Shown here: piece by piece, positions 59,247 through 64,000 of the stretch | Numbering within the stretch: position 1 is the stretch's first letter | How the letters are laid out: the number at the start of each line of letters is the position of its first letter | From: Minutocellus sp. GHC0000111 | Taxonomy: Eukaryota | Assembly: GCA_977018835.1 (NCBI GenBank) | Contig: OZ361257.1 | Coordinates: forward strand, 2,852,001 to 2,916,000 | DNA length: 64,000 nt | Direction of reading: 5' to 3' | Translations under genes and position numbers: made by a program | Notes under the pieces: model-generated | What the model was told of the DNA's origin: nothing | The model's input: the letters and a program-made list of their open reading frames with translations, nothing else | Databases searched by the model: none

Positions 59247-62200
59247 TTAAAAAGGAGTACTTGATAGCGCCACTCCACGGTCAACACTCATGAATTTGCT
59301 AGGTACAGACGACCCGGAGTAAATGCGAATGTCTCCATCGCTCGAGACCTCGCCGCTACTTCCAATCACCATATTGTGACCTTCAGGGAATACAATGTAC
59401 AATCCAATAGTCTTTCCGGAAGGAATTGTAATCGGATTAATCCCCTGGCTTTGTCGCTCGGGATGGACCATTGCCTTGTGGAATGATATAACCTCCTACT
59501 GATTGCCAAATTCGTGAGTACAATTCGTACCCGAAGTATGACCCTTCCATCATCATCAATTCAACTGGAATATCGGTGTCCATGGAATCCAGGAGAACAT
59601 CGATCGATGTGATGGTAACGGATGATGATTTCGCGGTAATTGCCAACATAATGCCATCGGTTGCTTTGCCTGTGTTGTAGTTGGTGACTAAATGTCCAGG
59701 AGATGACTCCTCCCAAACTATTGCCCGTGATGTTGGAAGGTGAGTAGGACTGGAAGTCGGGCTGGACGTAGGAGTAGCAGTCGTTGGCTTTGAGGACGGA
59801 GATTCGCTTGCAACCTTCGTCGGCGATATCGTTGGACTGGAGGATGTGGGAGCGGCCGAGGGCTTCGCAGTCGTTGGCTTCGAGGTCGGAGATTCGCTTG
59901 CAACCTTCGTCGGCGATATCGTTGGACTGGAGGATGTGGGAGCGGCCGAGGGCTTCGCAGTCGTTGGCTTCGAGGACGGAGATTCGCTTGCAACCTTCGT
60001 CGGCGATATCGTTGGACTGGAGGATGTGGGAGCGACCGAGGGCTTCGCAGTCGTTGGCTTCGAGGACGGAGATTCACTTGCAACCTTCGTCGGCGATATC
60101 GTTGGACTGGAGGATGTGGGAGCGGCTGAGGGCTTCGCAGTCGTTGGCTTGTCGGATGATTCTTGAGTGGTGGGATTGGCTGATGGAGATACCGTGGTGG
60201 GCCTGGATGTTGGTCTGGCGCTAGGCTCTGAAGTGCTTGGCCCTTGCGTGACAGCCTTCGTAGCAGAAGCAGATGCTTCCTCACCAGTACTATCACCGCC
60301 CGCTGTACCAGCGGTGTCTGCATCGACATCTTCAATGACTTGGGACGAACCGTCAGAGACTATATCATCAGTATTGTCACGCTCGCAACATGATGTATCA
60401 CCCTGGGAAGCGTAGGGAACACCATTAGTCCAACAGGAGTACTGACAGTACTCAGGATTGCCATTGCGGCCCCACCATCCAAACTCGGTGCCGCATCGGC
60501 GTTCAAAGGCGTAGCTATAGTCGGCAGATGTTTGATTTGTACTGAGCATATATTTTGTTGGGACGTTTGTACATGGGACGCATTCGGATGTAAAGGAAGT
60601 CTCTTCGATGGAATCCTGTAAAGCGCCAGTGTTGATACTATCAGTGGTAATCTCTCCAGCGGTTTCAGACGAGTCATCTCTTCCATCGGTTTTAGATGTA
60701 TCTTCAGAGACTATGTCATCAGTATTGTCACGCTCGCAACATGATGTATCACCCTGGGAAGCATAAGGGACACCATTAGCCCAACAAGAATACTGGCAAT
60801 GCTCAGGATTACCATTGCGACCCCACCACCCAAATTCGGTACCGCATCGGCGTTCAAAGGCGTACCTAGGTAGCTATAGTCGGCACATGTTTGATTTGTA
60901 CTGCGCATGAATGCTGTTGGAACGTTGGTACATGGGACACAGTCGATCGTGGTGGCGGAAGTGGCGATGGCGCTATCTTCGTCAATATTTTCAGCTACAT
61001 CGTCACCGACTTTTTCATTTGCGGAAGATACAGTAGAATCTTGGGCGACGGAGGGTCCAGGAGTTGGAGCACCGGACACCGGCGAAGTACTTGGACTGCG
61101 TGTAGGAGCATCGGACACTGGCGAAGAGGTAGGAGCATCGGACACTGGCGAAGAGGTAGGAGCATCGGACACCGGCGAAGAGGTAGGAGCATCGGACACT
61201 GGCGAAGAGGTAGGAGCATCGGACACCGGCGAAGTACTTGGACTGCGCGTGGGGGCATCAGAGACCGGCGAAGCACTTGGGCTTCGCGTGGGAGCTACAC
61301 TGCTTGGGAAGGCAGTCGGAGCTATCGTTGGTGTGCCCGACGGCGATGCAACTGGTGCATTTTCGATGGAATTCTGAAGCAGTCCATTCTTATCGGTAAG
61401 AGTGGGAAGTTCTTCTTCTTCTTCTGATGGCTGAGTGGCACCAAAATTGATTACACCTCCACTTTCCTCGTCGTCAGGTCGATTATCAATGTCCTCAACT
61501 TCAGTCTCAGCCGCTGTCGTCGGTGAATCTGAAATTGGTTTATCGGTGACGGGTGACAACGTCGGATGCTCGGTAGATACTGCTGGCGCACCAAGCAAAT
61601 TGGTAGGAGAAACTGATGGCTTGAAAGTTGGCGATGGCAGATTATCTCCTGTCGACGGAAAAGCACCGATACTGTCTCCACCAGGACCAGGATACTCGTC
61701 GGCAGTACCACCAACAGCAGCCATTTGCTTCGAGTTTCTCTTTTCAGCGGTGCCCAAGACTGCACCCAAAAAGATGATGATAATACAAATCACCACAAGC
61801 AGACAAGCGCATTTCCACCCACAACACAGCGCACCAAGACGTCTTCTCTTAGTATCATCATCACCACTCTTCTGGATCTTCTCGTTGTGTTCTTCGTATC
61901 CAACCTCAATATCCTCATACGATTGATCCTTATTTGCCAATGGCACAGCAAAAGCAGCAGATCTGTCTTCCTCGTCCTCCGCTGTGCCCTGGGTCGACGA
62001 ACCATCGGCATCCTCCTTAGCACTAGAATGGTTCTCAGCTTTCGTTCCGTTGGCACCATCATTCGAAAACGCCATCTTTTCGTTACTCTCGCTACCATTT
62101 TTCCTTGGTCATCGTCACAAAAAGACAACACTGCCTCCTGCACACTGCACGAAGGGTGGTCGTCTTCCTCTGTGGCATTTTCGGGTTCAACCACTGGTTT

Positions 62201-63541
62201 GTTCTCCGGCGCTGTGGCACTTGTCTTAATCTCGGTAGAGATAGTTCTCTGAATAGGCATTGCTTCATCCTCGACCGTCGTTGCATCAACCTTCTCCACC
62301 ATAAGATCTAATTCGTCTTTGCTGTCTCGTAGACCGGTCGACGATGGCATATGGACCTCATGCTTGTCGTCGTTGTTTTCATCATCTCCGACTTCGATCT
62401 CACCCTTCTCTTCCTCTCGAGTCTGATGATCGGGGACCACGCCCTCTTCTGGACCATCACGATGCTCATTCTCCATTGAGTACTTCTCGGTAGTACTAGT
62501 AGGAATGCCGTAGTCAATCTTTTCCACGATCATATCGAGATCATCAATTTCTTTGTTCTTATCAGGGGCTTGATCATCATTGGTGTTTGACATGGTATTG
62601 TCATAATCCACCGCTGCAATGATGAGGGAGGGTTCTCCCAGAAGGGAGATGGTAGCGGCAGCCTTAGCCTCAGCTTCTGCTGCCGAATCGACCTGTGATG
62701 ACTCGGCTCTCAAGAGAGCGATGGTAGCTGCAGCCGTAGCTGCAGCGTTTGCCGCCGAAGCATCGGCATCGGTATTCTCCTTATCGTTCGACTTGGGAAT
62801 TATTTGACGGGGTACATTTTCATCTGCCGATGAAGGAAATGTATCAAAGTTCTTGGCTGAAGAACGACGCGAGCCAATACGTGGCGTCTCGCCCTCAAAG
62901 AAGGATCTCGTGGGCCCACCGGTAGGAATATCAGAGGAAAGAGGAATTGATTTCTTGACAGGAGGCGAAGATGGGGTCTCTTCCTCCAGCGCCGACGCTG
63001 CTGCTGTCTCCTCTTCCTTCTTCTCAGAAGCGACGACCTTCTTTTCTTCAATAGAAACGGGGGGAGTTAAGGTCTTTGGTGCGGGTACCGGAGGGGCATC
63101 CTTGAGAAGAGTGTGGTCGCCACTCTTCTTCATGTCCCCACCGGCGATGGCGATTCCTTCCGCACTGACGTTGGTGTTCAGCGTGCTTTCGCTGCCCTGT
63201 CGAAGGATGATATCGGTGTCGTCATCCGTGAGCAGCTCACTTGATGACCTGTCGGCGTGGACGAAGGCCTCCTTCAGTCGATCCCTCATGAGCTCGGCGG
63301 CCTCACCGTTGGTATATCGTTCGTCGCAAAGGCATCCCTTGAGATTTCTGTGATCATTTTCGTCACACTGCCGGATTGGATTGCACCCAAACACCATGTC
63401 GTCGAGCTGATCAATGATCTTGACGACACCATATGATCGTGAATCGTAGCCCCTTCGCTTTTGTCGCCTCTGCGATCGCGAGCCACTCGAGCGGCGGCGT
63501 TCCTCCTCCCTGTCATTGTCGTTGGAGTTTTCCGTCGGCAT
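59247..63541 (-). CDS. Large type-II membrane/cell-surface protein with PT repeats and two Cys-rich repeats; three frameshifts (about 62100, 60865, 59445)
   Basis: Acidic disordered N-terminus, TM helix CLLVVICIIIIFLGAVL, SPT/APT repeats and a duplicated PCTNVPT...CCER module. Confidence 0.7.
59778..60150. repeat. 90-bp coding tandem repeat, ~4 copies (KPTTAKPSAAPTSSSPTISPTKVASESPSS)
   Basis: 'gttggactgg' recurs at 59831, 59921, 60011 and 60101. Confidence 0.95.
61060..61295. repeat. 27/39-bp coding tandem repeats (SPVSDAPTS / SPVSDAPTRSPST)
   Basis: Repeated 'aggagcatcggacac(c/t)ggcgaag'. Confidence 0.9.
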
Positions 63542-64000
63542 TTTTCAATTGGTATGATGTGCCAGTTTGAAGTTATTCTCTACAAGATTTCAGTTCGGAT
63601 AATTTCAAGAAAATCGAATCATCGAAAGAATAATGCATACGATCGTACATGCCAATCAACAGGACAGAGAATTTTTTCTGCGAGGAGGCAAGATCAAGCT
63701 TGGAACCAGAGACTGCAACCCTTGCTTCGAACCATTGCAACAAGCGCAAGCTGGAAACGGTCCTCGCCAAAAATGTCCGGGTGTCTGACATCAATTTAGT
63801 TCTTCTGCCTGTCTGAAATTATTGCGAACACTGCGAGAAGGTTCGCAGCGGACAGGGTGGCATCATTGTTCGGCCGGAGAGCGATGCGGCGCGGGGGCAC
63901 GATTTAGCTTCGAATCACGGCCCCGGCAAACAAGGCTCTACCTTCAACAGATAGACGTTAGAACGCAGAAGTCAAATTATCTGGCACACAAAACACAATC

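Noticed and set aside
59778..61295. CRISPR-like array
   Set aside because: The repeats are contiguous, in-frame PT/SPT coding repeats without unique spacers.
62090..62115. Frameshifts at about 62100, 59445, 38600, 52235 and 17755 as biological signals
   Set aside because: All sit in homopolymer runs typical of long-read indel errors and cannot be interpreted without reads.

Overview
Eukaryotic nuclear DNA, almost certainly from a diatom: it has a fucoxanthin-chlorophyll LHCF gene, ASAF-type plastid presequences and short GT-AG introns. Positions 1-23921 are a head-to-tail tandem amplification of a ~10.06 kb unit (two full copies plus a partial one; the array runs off the left edge). The unit holds a UBA3 3' fragment, LHCF, two back-to-back gene stubs, RPS23 with a candidate intronic C/D snoRNA, a PAPS transporter and a METTL21-like methyltransferase. 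Unique sequence follows: a SLC37/GlpT transporter, TatD, a transposon island (DD38D Tc1/mariner-like transposase, a convergent HTH ORF, a TpA-stripped relic, a 31-bp hairpin), truncated PRORP and SHPRH, a lectin/FN3 protein, plastid YbaB, NOM1, TRM10, tRNA-Ser(TGA), a lipase-like gene and PT-repeat surface proteins. The most unusual signals centre on the TpA dinucleotide. (i) Short TA-[palindrome]-TA words are pervasive and nested, and in one case an internal paralogue shows such a word was inserted into a coding sequence. (ii) A ~770-bp repeat relic has almost no TpA, which suggests TA->TG/CA hypermutation. Several pairs of neighbouring genes are also fused by deletions, and many genes are disrupted, suggesting a decaying duplicated haplotype. 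Some of the indels are probably long-read homopolymer errors.
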